DNA of 64,000 bases from Paecilomyces variotii (lineage: Eukaryota), in NCBI GenBank assembly GCA_004022145.1, contig RCNU01000010.1. The stretch is one strand, 5' to 3'. The position numbers and the translations under genes were made by a program. Below, piece by piece: positions 1 through 11,618 of the stretch (position 1 is the first letter of the stretch; each line of letters starts with the position of its first letter). Below the pieces are notes generated by a model, which worked only from the letters and a program-made list of their open reading frames with translations, made no database searches and was not told the origin of the DNA.

Positions 1-1035
1 CATTCATCAAAGACACCCCGCGAGGTCTGTGATTTCGACCCTGATTGTCACTGGTGGCGTCCAACAGCATGTCCGAGGACGCCGCAGACAATTGGAGAAG
101 GGCTTGTACCATACTGTAGATATGATGGACGAGGCGCCTTTCACTGTGGCAACCTTATATGTCTCTGACAACACCAAGCTTCTCAACAGATAATGCAGCC
201 GCAAATGAAATGATATGATTAGCGGCCCACATGATGCTCTTTCAGAGTGCATTGCCAAGGTGAGCACTACCATTTCGATTTCAGCAGCTCACGAGCAGGA
301 TTCTGTGTCTGTGACTCTGTTGACGTTGAATGCTAAAAAGTAACAGCACAGCCTAGACTACTGCGTACTTCGACACGTGAGCCTCTTTAGGGCCTCAGAG
401 GCTGACATGACATGATCCGGAAAAGGAAATAGTGCGTAGTGTTAGCGGAACGAAAAAATTTTCCAATCTTCACTCCATCTAGCTGAAGTGAAGATTCGGC
501 TATAGAACGCGGCGCGTAGCCGAGAAGCCACTGAGGATGGCCGAAAAGGCCCTGACAAATTGGTAAAAATGGACGAGAATGGCAGTTTCTCGTCTGAAAC
601 GCTTTTTTTGCCATGGGACATCAGTCTGCCCTGTGCTCACCCGATTTGCGGGCCAGCGGACGATGCAACTTGCGATCGCCGTTTCCAAGTAAATGATGTC
701 AAGCATTATCAATCTCCAACGGTCTGAGCCGTTAAGCCGCCCAGAACCACCGATCCCTCTGCATCCGCGGTGGTCGATTCCAAAAACGGTTCGAAGTAAC
801 ATCGACGAGCGACGGCGGATCCAAAGGTCCGCCACCATTATTGCCTTTGCTCCTCCGCCAGGCAGTGTGGATGCCGCCAAGGGGCTGTCGACCGGACCTC
901 GACCTGGGATCCATCGGCGTGGATGGACCCCCCTAGTGCTATGCTCTAGCCATACTTCCATTACATGATCCCCCTCCTCGTCCTACATCTAGACCGAGTC
1001 GCAGCCAGACACCTCCCAGTTTTCTCACAAGGCTT

Positions 1036-2325
1036 TTGTGTGATGACAATGCGACGGATGACGGCTGCGTCAACAACAAAGAGAACGAGACCAATTCTGA
1101 CCGACGCTGCAGAACCGTCACGTCGAACATGACGTCCGGAACAACCTATACAACTCCGTCGCTGGGCTGGGGTTCGGAGCTCAAGCAGTCCACATCAAGC
1201 TCGACTGTAACCACCCGAACACCAGCGGCATCTTCTTCCTCCCTCTCCTCCGTCACCGACCATGCAACATATCCCCTCATCCGACAAAACGACCGCATCT
1301 ATCTCCGAGACCCCGAAAACCCATATCCGCTACCTTGCGACCTTCCAGAAATTCATCGCCAGACGCTGCGTTCATTGATGCTTGTGCGCGTATTCGGTGC
1401 ACCGTTTTGTACTCCGCAGTTCTCCAATGCTCCTCCTAAACGAGTGTTGGACTTGGGATGTGGGTCTGGCCTCTGGTCGAGCATGTGCCACGAATATTTC
1501 GCGCAAAAGGGCCACCACGACGTCTCCTTTACAGGTCTGGATATCGTGTCGCTGGCGCCTGATTTGCGTAAGCAGGGAGTAAATTGGCAATTCAAAAACC
1601 ATGACCTGCGCAAATCGCGGTTGCCTTTTCCTGATGGACACTTTGATTTCGTCTTCATGAAAGACATGGGCATGTCTTCCTTTCGCTTATCGAACCAAGA
1701 CTCTCCATTGAGCGAGCCTTTACGCGTTCTCAAATCGGGCGGAATTCTTGAGGTCTGGGATTCAGATATGGTATTCCGGACATTGCTCCCCAACCCCGCG
1801 CCAGCTCCTGGGCTGTCGGAAAAGGACCAAGAGACCGCCGACACGACCGCGACTTATACCTTTTCTTCCGCGACACCGTTCGCAAAGCCCCAGAACAAAT
1901 ATCTGCAGGATTACAATTCCTGGGTAGAGAAAGCCTTCGATGAGCGCAAGCTCACTGCGATGCCATGCGCCACCATCGGGCTTTCCTTTACCTCTGAAAT
2001 GGACGTTTTCAAGAGCGTTGATAGCCGTCGAATTGCCATACCCTTAGGGGAGGTCAGATGGGAACGAGAAACTCCGACCAGGCATGCAAGTGGAACCTCG
2101 CGGAAAGCATTGAATGAAGACCAGCTTGCATTGCGGCGGACCGCTCTTCAAACAGTAATCCAGCTGATTGAAAGTATGGAACCTATCCTGATGGAAGCAA
2201 GCGAGAAAAGCAGAGATGAATGGGATAGATGGTGGACTGCTATGCAAGGCGACCTTCTCCAGAAAGGAAGTCTCGCTAGCGGAGAATGTCTCGAAGTGAG
2301 TGCCTGGTGGGGTCAGAAAAGATGA
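1036..2325 (+). CDS. SAM-dependent methyltransferase domain protein (true start uncertain; first in-frame ATG at 1129)
   Basis: Motif I VLDLGCGSGLW, then FTGLDI, LPFPDGHFDFV and RVLKSGGILE, typical of class I methyltransferases. The ORF call starts at TTG. Confidence 0.8.
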   Translation: MCDDNATDDGCVNNKENETNSDRRCRTVTSNMTSGTTYTTPSLGWGSELKQSTSSSTVTTRTPAASSSSLSSVTDHATYPLIRQNDRIYLRDPENPYPLPCDLPEIHRQTLRSLMLVRVFGAPFCTPQFSNAPPKRVLDLGCGSGLWSSMCHEYFAQKGHHDVSFTGLDIVSLAPDLRKQGVNWQFKNHDLRKSRLPFPDGHFDFVFMKDMGMSSFRLSNQDSPLSEPLRVLKSGGILEVWDSDMVFRTLLPNPAPAPGLSEKDQETADTTATYTFSSATPFAKPQNKYLQDYNSWVEKAFDERKLTAMPCATIGLSFTSEMDVFKSVDSRRIAIPLGEVRWERETPTRHASGTSRKALNEDQLALRRTALQTVIQLIESMEPILMEASEKSRDEWDRWWTAMQGDLLQKGSLASGECLEVSAWWGQKR

Positions 2326-2533
2326 AAGTCCACATCTCAACTAGGGCATGGGAAGGAAAATAAAATTTCATACGGTGTTCAGGCGAATGCGAGACGAGGG
2401 CGCCATGCTTACATCATGTTTAGTGATACCGTGATACCCCAGATCTATTCATTGCTCTTCTTTTTCTATTCATGTATGCGCTCCCGTCTCTGTCCATTTA
2501 ATCATTCTTTTCTCAGCCATCACGCAGAAGCAG

Positions 2534-3382
2534 TCATTGGCTTTCATATCTCTGTTTCAAAGTGCGATATCGTTTCAGATAGTACCTGTTCCCTTCTGTC
2601 AGTGTTTGAAAAAACACATTTTTTCTCTTCAGTTGTGTACGAAGTTATGAAATGTGCTGTATATAGCCCGGCCAGATCAAGCACAGAAAAAAGTGTTCCG
2701 GTCAATTAACTCTGATCTGTCTCAATCTTTTCTTTTGCTTCATCCCATATTGTAGCTGCGTAGAATTTTCCAGCGTACGCCATTGTTGATCATGGGAAAT
2801 GGTGAATATCTGAAGGTCCAGGGAGCAACAGAGGACAGGCGCTGCATCCACTGTCCTAAGACAGCTCTTGATAGGACTTGATACTCCGAACAACAATGAT
2901 GAAGAAGCGCTTTGTGACTCAAGGGGCAGACAGAAATGTCCACTTACAGCGCCTCGATTTCTGTAGATTGGGCTTCCCCCATTAGCTACCGGAACCATCC
3001 CAATGCACATCGTCTAGCCACGACCATCTTGTCGAACCATTCGAAATATTTCCCCATTATTATAACATATCTGGCGGATGAGAAGAAAAAGGAGCATACG
3101 CACCCTTCTTGACGAATTCAGCCCTGTGTATGCCCTTTCGAATTTGTTCTTCGTCAGTGAGATGTGCCTGGCTTGAGAACGCCCTGTGTAATCTGTTCCT
3201 GTAGTAGTCGTATCCGAGGGGGTAATCACGGCCAAGGAACAAGAGCTCTAGCAGATAATGGTAAGCACGAATCGAGAGATTGGTTCGAGTCTGGAGGGAG
3301 GAAGGAAGGGCGGGCGGGGCTGTGAGTTCCAAGTACCCTTGTAGATGTTTATGACCTGTCGACGGAGCTCTGGGTTCGTCAT
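2534..3382 (-). CDS. LYR-motif mitochondrial protein (LYRM5/ETFRF1-like), 4 exons
   Basis: Manual splicing gives [39 protein letters not shown]...[26 protein letters not shown]. Exons are about 3382-3337, 3247-3104, 2960-2948 and 2585-2534, with GT-AG introns. Confidence 0.85.
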
Positions 3383-4606
3383 GTTCAATTGCTACTGATC
3401 GAACCGACTAGCATATGCAAAATCGCGGAATTTCGTGATATGGCCTTTTGGCCTCGAAGGAAGATAAAGAATGGGGTGAAAGAAGTAGCAAGAAAAAGGA
3501 CCCTGAGATTGCTTACAGCTAGCTATGTTGGATCCGCTACCGCCTTTAATAATTCACGGGTTCCGTGACGTCGTTCCGCAACGTGCGGGGTGTTGGTCCG
3601 TGTCGGTACTTTTGTCAACCTAAGCTTATGAGTTTCTTCGAAAAACATATTTATGTCTTATTTTTCAAAATTATCAGACATATCTCCGGCGAGACTTTCC
3701 AGAGAGCGAGGTCTAATCGGGTTACCTGGGGTACCGTGTGTCTAGGCAATACAGTACGCAGGGGAAAGCTCAGTACAGTCACTCGTCTGCTTGAAGTAGA
3801 TGGTATGGTGATAATATCTGCTTCATTCAATATTCGCTTACGCTAATGTCATATTGTACACGGAACCAATGGTCGTTGTATCTAATACACCCGTACTTTT
3901 TTCTCCCTGTCGTTATGCCTGCCGGATGCCTGAAAAGACAAGGGTAGAATTATTTCAGCAGCATGGCATCTGTAACCCAGCTTAAACAACTACTTTATAT
4001 TGAAGAAACGGTTCAATTGATCCCACCGGTGCGATGGAGAACCAGCAAGACAGAAGGATTATTTGGACCCATGGAAGAGTAGTTCGCCCGCATGATGCTT
4101 TTATCTCGCAATCTCCGCAGTATGCGCAATTGTTGGAAACATGACTGAATCGAATCTGCATTACCTGCATTCCAAGTCGCCCTTTGACACTACTTATTGC
4201 ATCTAACGCTAGATCACTGGATTGACCCAAGTCAAGGAAACTAAGCATTTGATATGTTTTGGACCTAGTTATGTGTGTCAACTCGTGTAACGCTGGCAGC
4301 GAGAATACAGCTTGCACAACCGTCAAAAATAACACTCAAAAATAACACTCAATGTTCATAGAAAGAGAACGACCTTTCTCGTGGCGGCTATAATGTCTTG
4401 TGTAAAGCAGCATCAAAGCCAGTCTAGAATGAAGGGAAACCGACCTCGGAACTCGGAAGGGTTCTCCAGGTCCCAACTAGGTAACTTTACCACTTGGAGC
4501 TAGCTGAGTAGAGCGCCGCGGAGGTACGACGCGGCTGGCTCTATGATTTAATATCCTCATTCTGATCGTCTCCCCAGGTTGTTAACTGTCATTACACGAA
4601 GGAACA

Positions 4607-5816
4607 ATGGTTGCTGGTCGGATAGTCCAGCGAAAATTTCTGGGGCCGGCAGGTCAATCCGTGGCTTTTCTACAGCCCGTAATTCAAATTCAGTGTCGCT
4701 CCCTATCGACCTTCCCCGCACGACAAGATGCGCGCTCATCCACTACCTCTCCATCCGCAAAACCACATCCAATTGACCCGCGATGGCTTACACTGACGAA
4801 GAGACGACTGGGAAGATGCATGATGTTTGGTCTGAAGCCTCATCAGATAGACGAGGCCGGGAAGATACTTCAAGAGATCGCGAGGGATTGGCGAGGATTG
4901 ATTGCTGGTAGCGAGGGCTTCTTGACGGAGGAGAAAAGAACTGCCCTTTCGCGCCATAATGTGGTTTGGGGAGAGATGGTAAATCAATAATTATGGACCC
5001 TGATGTGATGGTATGAGATCAGAAGACTTACTTGGCACCTACTGGATTGGATGTAATAGGATACCATGGTAAGCCCCCCTTTTGCTTCAGGGTACTCCCT
5101 ACTTCTGGCTCTCTTGGATTTAGCTGACAGTGCTGAAGGGTATGTATGCTCTCCTGCTTGTCGACCTTCCCTTCGATTAGATATCTAACGCTGCCCTCTT
5201 CTAACCAGGGCATGTCAACAATGTAACCTATGTTCGCTATGCCGAGAGTGCTAGAGTAAATTTCATGCGGAATTTCGCTCTTCACATTGACCCTGAGCAT
5301 CACAAAGAGTGGATGGGCTCCGTGAACAACACAGGGATTGGGCTCATTATCCGCAGCATCAAGGTTGATTACAAGTTTGTAAGCTTTCGTTTTCCCTCCA
5401 TACTCTGTCCTGCTGGTCAACTCCAGGAAGTTGCTAAAGATTTCGCCTTCTAGCCCATGAAATGGCCCGACAAGATCACGGTTTACCAGAAGCTAGTACG
5501 CGACCCTTCGTCGCTTCCTCCGGACCACGCTGCCTTCGAACTCCATGTCATGATCCTTTCAGAGGCAAAACAGCGGCCAGCTGCTCGCGTACATGAGGAG
5601 AACGTTACGTATGACTATAAAGCTAATCGCAAGACATCTTCGTTGCCCCCCTTTATGATGGAGCAATTCAAACAGATGTGGGCTCTACAAGAGGAGGCTA
5701 AACGAACTTGGCAGCAGCGCATCTTAGATATAGAAGGACGGGTCAGGGCCCTAGAGCTGGACAGCTGGGATAAGGCAGATGCCGTGGAAGATATGGGCTC
5801 TGCTGCAGGACGATAG
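4607..5816 (+). CDS. Hotdog-fold thioesterase-like protein, probably mitochondrial, with microexons
   Basis: Splicing reconstructs VVWGEM-DTM-G-HVNNVTYVRYAESAR, the 4HBT-type D-x-x-G-H-V-N-N motif. The N-terminus is basic and presequence-like. Confidence 0.8.
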
Positions 5817-6889
5817 GACGATGCAGTTCCAAGTCCACATGTCACCCTCTTAAATAAGGATTCTGGTTACGTATGTGATAATCTATCCAGCTGTATATTG
5901 AACCAGCTACGTTCGCTGCATGTTTATTACGCACATGAGAAAGTATCCAGGTGCTGTCTTTGGCGGCATTTTGCACTCATCCAGATCTCTTACATTTACA
6001 GGTCGAGGGGGTAAGATCTATTGTTACATGTTGCAATCAAAAGACTCAGAGTAAGAAGCTGAAGCCCCGGTTATCAATACGTTATTATCCTGATGCGATT
6101 ATACTGGCTCAATAGAACATAATGGCATTCCTAGAAATGATGAAAGTCGATCCGCTGTTGCTCTACTATGTAGTTAGTTCAAAGATGTGACTCACCCGGG
6201 TCATCGAGTAGGGCACGGCTTGGAGATCCGGTTGTCTTGCAGAGTTTAGACACGCTGAATATCCTGCGAGCTTTCGAATCGGACCCACAGAGCAACTATG
6301 GAGTCCCATACTTTGGTATGATCTATACAAGACGAGCTGGGGGTTAGAATGTCAACAGCGATGTAGACGACAGTGAGGGTGGAAGAGCTCAGTCTGCTGG
6401 AGATGAGAAGAATAGTATGGAGCCGATGACTGGTTACAGAATGAGGATATACCCGAGACGATACCGTTTGATACTTACAATTCATCGCGTTAGTAGAACT
6501 GAGAAGAAGCTCTTCTGACTCAACATACGGACTGCATTTCTCTATCTCCTCACCGGCGCCGTAATTAGCGCCGAGGTCGCATCGAATCTGAATGGGGATT
6601 TTCCCTTAGTGGATTGCACTGATGGGGCCGAAATTGAAGTTCTCCGCCGCTAAAGTCCTCTTAAGGTTATCTGATCGGGATCTTCACCCGATTCTAAATG
6701 AGAGAGCAGATAGCTTTTTTCTTTCTCCCCACCTTAACGGCCTTCTAAACTTCTGAACCTCCGATGACGCATCCTTGAAAAGGAGGAAGTATGCATGGAG
6801 CGTTAGAGTCGGTCAATAAGTATTTCGCCTACCGTCGGTTGCCCTCGTTTGCGCCGGTGACACAATTGTAAGATTTCGGGAAGAGAGAA

Positions 6890-8961
6890 ATGGGTAACAA
6901 CGAGCCTCTTGTTGAGGCTGCAAGTGCCAGTCCCGATGTAACGGATGAACAAGCCACGGGACAGAAGACGCGATGGCAGAAGTTTCAAGCAATTATTTGG
7001 GATGGAGGGGACCGGACCGAAGAGGAGAGAAAACTGGTGCAAACGCTTGATATTTTCATAATGTATGTCCATTACACTCCCAATATCTCAAAGATATAGT
7101 TGCGGAATACTGAATTGATCTCAGGACATGGGCAACTTATGGATATTTCATTCGGTTATTGGACTCGGGGAATATTAGTGAGTTGTATCACAGAGATAGG
7201 GAACGAATACGAACAGGAAAAGGCTAACTGCCTTATAGCGAATGCTTATGTTTCTGGAATGAAAGAAGATCTTAATATCCATGGAGATCAGTATAATCTA
7301 CTCACAACTTTCTTTACTTGCGGTTATCTTGTCGCTCAGATACCCTCTCAGTTCATATTGACGTACAGTATGTTGTTCTTCCTTTGATACGTACACAGCT
7401 GACACATGCACAGTCCGCCCCTCATACTATCTGCCATCGGTAGAGTTGCTCTGGTCTATTGCGACTTTCTGTTTTGCTGCTGTTCAGAACACACGTGACG
7501 TATTTGCGCTGCGATTCATCGTCGGCATGCTAGAGGCGCCGTTTGCAGTTGGTGTCATTACTCTCATGGGAAGCTGGTATACGCCTAGAGGTCAGACAGT
7601 TCTCTCAACTTTCTTCAGCTGGAACATATACTAATATCGGAAACAGAACTGTCGAAGCGCATCGCGATATTCTACTCAGCCTGCTATGCGGCGACTATGT
7701 TCAGCGGCTATCTCCAAGCTGGAATCTACCATGGCATGGACGGCCATCTCGGTCTCGCAGGCTGGCGCTGGCTGTTCATTTTCTGCGGTGTGATCTCTCT
7801 TCCAGGCGCCCTTTACGGGTTCTTTGCCATACCCGACAATCCGTACATCACCAAAGCGAGATGGTTAAGTGCGGAAAAGCTGGCTCAAGCCAAAGCTCGC
7901 ATGGAGAAGCTAGATCGACGACCTCCAGTCCGGTTGTCCAAGGCAAAGCTCAAGTATATCTTTACACATTGGCCTGTCTATATCATGACTCTTGCGTTGA
8001 TGTAAGAGACCCATGTCCCTTTGTCTAGTTTTCAGTACTGACTGATATTCACAGATTCCATTGCATCGCCACCCAGCCACTCAACTACTTTGCCGTATGG
8101 CTCAATTCCCTGGATAGATTCTCTGTCTACCAGGTCAACCTCTTCCCAACTGCCGCTCAGGCTCTAGCCCTCGTTACTACCCTTACCTATAGCTGGCTCT
8201 CAGATGGCCTTGGAGGGAAACGATGGCAACTTATGACGATTCCTGCGGTAAGCAGCCTATCAAGACTGCCTATATAAAGTCACTCAACTAAGCTAATAAT
8301 CATAAAACAGACTCTTAATTTCATCGGGATGGTCATAGTAGCCATTGGACCGAACTATGGCGCCACGTTCTTTGGCTACATGATCAATGGAGCTTCCTGG
8401 GGATACTGGCCGTTGCTTTTCGTAAGTTCATTTTCAAATCGTGTCCCTGCTCTTCTAGTTATTCTAACATTGGTTTTCTTCAATGAAGGCCTGGGCCAAT
8501 GAGTTCTGTCATAAAGATGCCGAAGAGCGCGCCATCGTCATCGGCGTGGCCCAGACAATGGGTCAGGTATTTATCGCGTGGTTACCAGGTATATCTCACC
8601 CATCTTCTCCATCTATCCTCTTAACCCAATCTGTCTGTATGTATAAATCATCTAACACTCTCCAGTTGTCATCCTCAACGTGGGCAAATACGCACCCAAA
8701 TTCACCATGGGATTCAGCGTCATGTGCGGTTTCAGCGCATGCGAATTCGGAATCATTTTCGTTCTGCGATATTTCGCGAATCGAGAAGCAGAGCTTGATC
8801 GACAAGAAGAGGAAAAGAGACTCTCTTCTCATGCTACTGCGGCTTCTACTGCTGCTAGTTATGCTCGGGACGAGGAAGAAAGAGGTATCACTCATGTTGG
8901 TGATATCCCACCGCGGTTGTCACTGAAGGATCTTGATCAGGAGGTGTTGGAGGTTAAGTAA
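6890..8961 (+). CDS. MFS transporter, anion:cation symporter family (pantothenate/vitamin permease, Liz1/Fen2-like), multi-exon
   Basis: [40 protein letters not shown] and WANE motifs of Dal5/Fen2-family permeases. Confidence 0.85.
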
Positions 8962-9345
8962 TGGAATATAGGATATAGTATAGGATGCTGGGTAATGTGG
9001 AGGACGTATCTATACATGGATGATACCAAAAAGAGGGGGCATGATGGTTATGGCTACGGTCTTATCAGATTATTTTAGACAATATATATTACTCCTTCGG
9101 AATTCGCTCAGATATTCTTGAGGCTCTCTGGAGACAAGCAAGATGGATACAGCTTTATGGTAATTTCCCCAACCCTGAAAGCTCCCTTCCTGCTTGCTAT
9201 TATGCTTGGCTGTTACGCACCATGTGAAAACATCCCTGCGATGAATACTGAACCAGGTTCAAGCGACTACACGTAACTTCTAACACTAAAAACGGCAACC
9301 GAAGCCTCAGAACACGACAGATGTCTTGAAGCACTGTAAGGCGGT

Positions 9346-11039
9346 TCATAAAATCATTTCCCATAGTCTGACTGTTATGTCATCAGAAGTAGATACAACT
9401 AGTCTCCCATCCGGCGAGAACGCTACTTCCCTTACCCAACCAGAGTGGCCTTTTAATATCCTACGAATAGAGCCCATAGTTGCGTCCCAGAGCCTGACTG
9501 TCATATCATCTGAAGAAGACGCTATCGTGTTACCGTCTGGAGAGAATATCACCGTCCTTACCCAACCAGAATGACCCTCAAGGATTCTGTACGTGGAGCC
9601 CGTGGCGACGTTCCATAGTCTGATTGTCATATCCTTAGAGGCAGATGCTACCAGTTTGCCATCTGGAGAGAACACCACAGCCCTTACCCGGTCAGAATGG
9701 CCTTCAAGGATTCTGCAAATCGTCCCTGTGGACGCATCCCAGAGCCTGACTGTCATGTCGTCAGAGGCAGAAACCAATAGTTTGCCATCTGGAGAGAATG
9801 CCAACGCCCTCACCCAGCCCGAATCGCTTTCAATTATTCTGCAGGTAGAGCCCGTAGAGACATCCCAGAATCTGATTGTTGTGTCCTTTGAGGCGGACAC
9901 CACCAGTTTGCCATCTGGGGAGAATGCCACCGCTCTGACCCAGTCAGAATGGCCTTCAAAAATCTTGCAGCTGTTTTTGGTAGTATCCCAAAGCCTGACT
10001 GTCATGTCATCAGAAGCTGATGCCACCAGCTTTCCTTCTGGAGAGAACGCCACAGCTTTCACCGAGTCAGAATGGCCCTCAAGCTTCTTGGATATTGAGC
10101 CCGTCGTAATATCCCAAAGTCTGGTTGTCATGTCATTGGAGACAGACGCCAGGATGGCACTTTCTTGGGATAGAGCTACATCCCAAACCCAGCCGGTATG
10201 GCCTTCCAATGTTTTACGCATCACCAGCTCGCCATATAAAGAGCTATCTGTAGTATTCTGCTTTGATGGCAGTATTGCCATCTTTTCCTCAATAACAAGA
10301 GACGTATCAGGACTTAATGACGGGCTCGGCGGGGGAGATCCAGAAAAAGCCGTCTCGGTTTCCTCCAGAAATCTGTTCAACGCAAAAAGCCGATCTGTGA
10401 TTTGGAATCCAGTCTCTGGTTCAACGCTGCGCACTGTATCAGATGCAGCATTGTCTTGTCTCATTTTATCAATTTGAACCCGCATAGCCTGCATTTGTTG
10501 CTCGATAGTTTGCGTTACATACAGATTCTGGGATGTGTTGGCACTACGCACATTAGTGTAAATCGAGCATTCGAAACTTGAGGTTAATACACTCACAGAT
10601 TTGCCGTCGCAATCGCGACATCTAATGTCAATTTATATGAGATCAGATGTTCCCTCCAAACGTCCGCTTCCTTTTCTGTAAACTGCCACCGGAACGCTGT
10701 CCATTTCCTCATTCTTACTTGTCCGTCACTTGCTGGCTTAGTGTACCTGCCAACCTTTTGCTGCAATTGTCGAAATGCAAAGAGGCAATGATCCAGCGGT
10801 TGTTGAAGACTCTCAAGCATTGGTAGAACGTTAGAAGGAAGGCTATCTTGGTGAAGACATGCCAGAAGACCTTGAAGTGATCCAAGCACAAGATATAAGC
10901 CTCGGACATCTTGAGAAATGGCAAGGACATGTCGTGGAGCGTTCTTGATGCCTTCAATAAACTCATATAGTCCTTTTGACACGCTGTAAACATTTGTAAC
11001 AATTTGCATGATCCCTGAAATGATACCTATGGCATCCAT
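9346..11039 (-). CDS. Fungal STAND N-terminal (HeLo-like/SesA-type) domain fused to 7 HET-E-like WD40 repeats; 1 intron (10544-10596)
   Basis: The intron gtgagt..ctaat..tag joins ORF 10593-11039 to ORF 9346-10596 in frame. Seven ~42-aa GH...VAFSPDG...WD repeats follow. Confidence 0.8.
9349..10215 (-). repeat. Tandem ~126-bp WD40-coding repeats (7 units)
   Basis: Recurring DNA units such as gcctgactgtcat, ttgccatctggagagaa and tcagaatggcc at about 126-nt spacing. Confidence 0.85.
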
Positions 11040-11618
11040 GTTGTAGATTCTGTTAATGATGCGAGAGGGTTAGCAGCGTCGCTCCTCGTTGAGAAGCGTA
11101 TACATACTCAAGGCAGGAAAGCTTGATAGTGAGGTATTATTAGCAAAATGATGCCATCTGTATGGTTCCTAGGAAGCTAAGTAGGAGGGGTAAATAGCTA
11201 GTATACCCCGTATTCATAGAGTAGTCCATACAGACCTAAAACGTCGACGCTCATGCCTAAATTCAGCGATATAGATGTATGCGCTTTTAGAAGAAAGGCT
11301 GACTCTTTATGACTATAGCGTAGTTATAGCAATATAATCCACGTAATATATACAAGATAGCATGGATTTTTGCTCTAACAGCTTCTCCTTGGTTTTTCTA
11401 TAAATACCTATCTGCGGCCACGGAGAGCTATGTTGGATGCCTCACCATCACCGCCTTAAAAGCAGTTAATCGAATCACGTGCTCTCGCGCCTGCCGACGC
11501 GCAACTGGGGCTACTTATCGGAGAAAGTCATCGGGAGGCGCTTTTGACAAGAAGCTGTGAAACACGCTCCACGGACTTGTTTTCGCCGGGTGACAGCTTC
11601 GATTCGAAGCTACCTAAA

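Noticed and set aside
1-273. Minus-strand ORFs at the left edge (7-273, and an ATG at 112 open to the edge)
   Set aside because: No recognisable motif; may be the 5' end of an off-window gene but cannot be supported here.
9593-10477. 294-aa repetitive plus-strand ORF
   Set aside because: Antisense shadow of the WD40 repeats; it has a non-ATG start and no independent coding signal.
3521-11458. Shared 13-mer AGCTATGTTGGAT at 3521 and 11426, each followed by ACCGCCTT
   Set aside because: Chance 13-mer matches are expected in 64 kb, the spacing to the second block differs, and there is no element structure between them.
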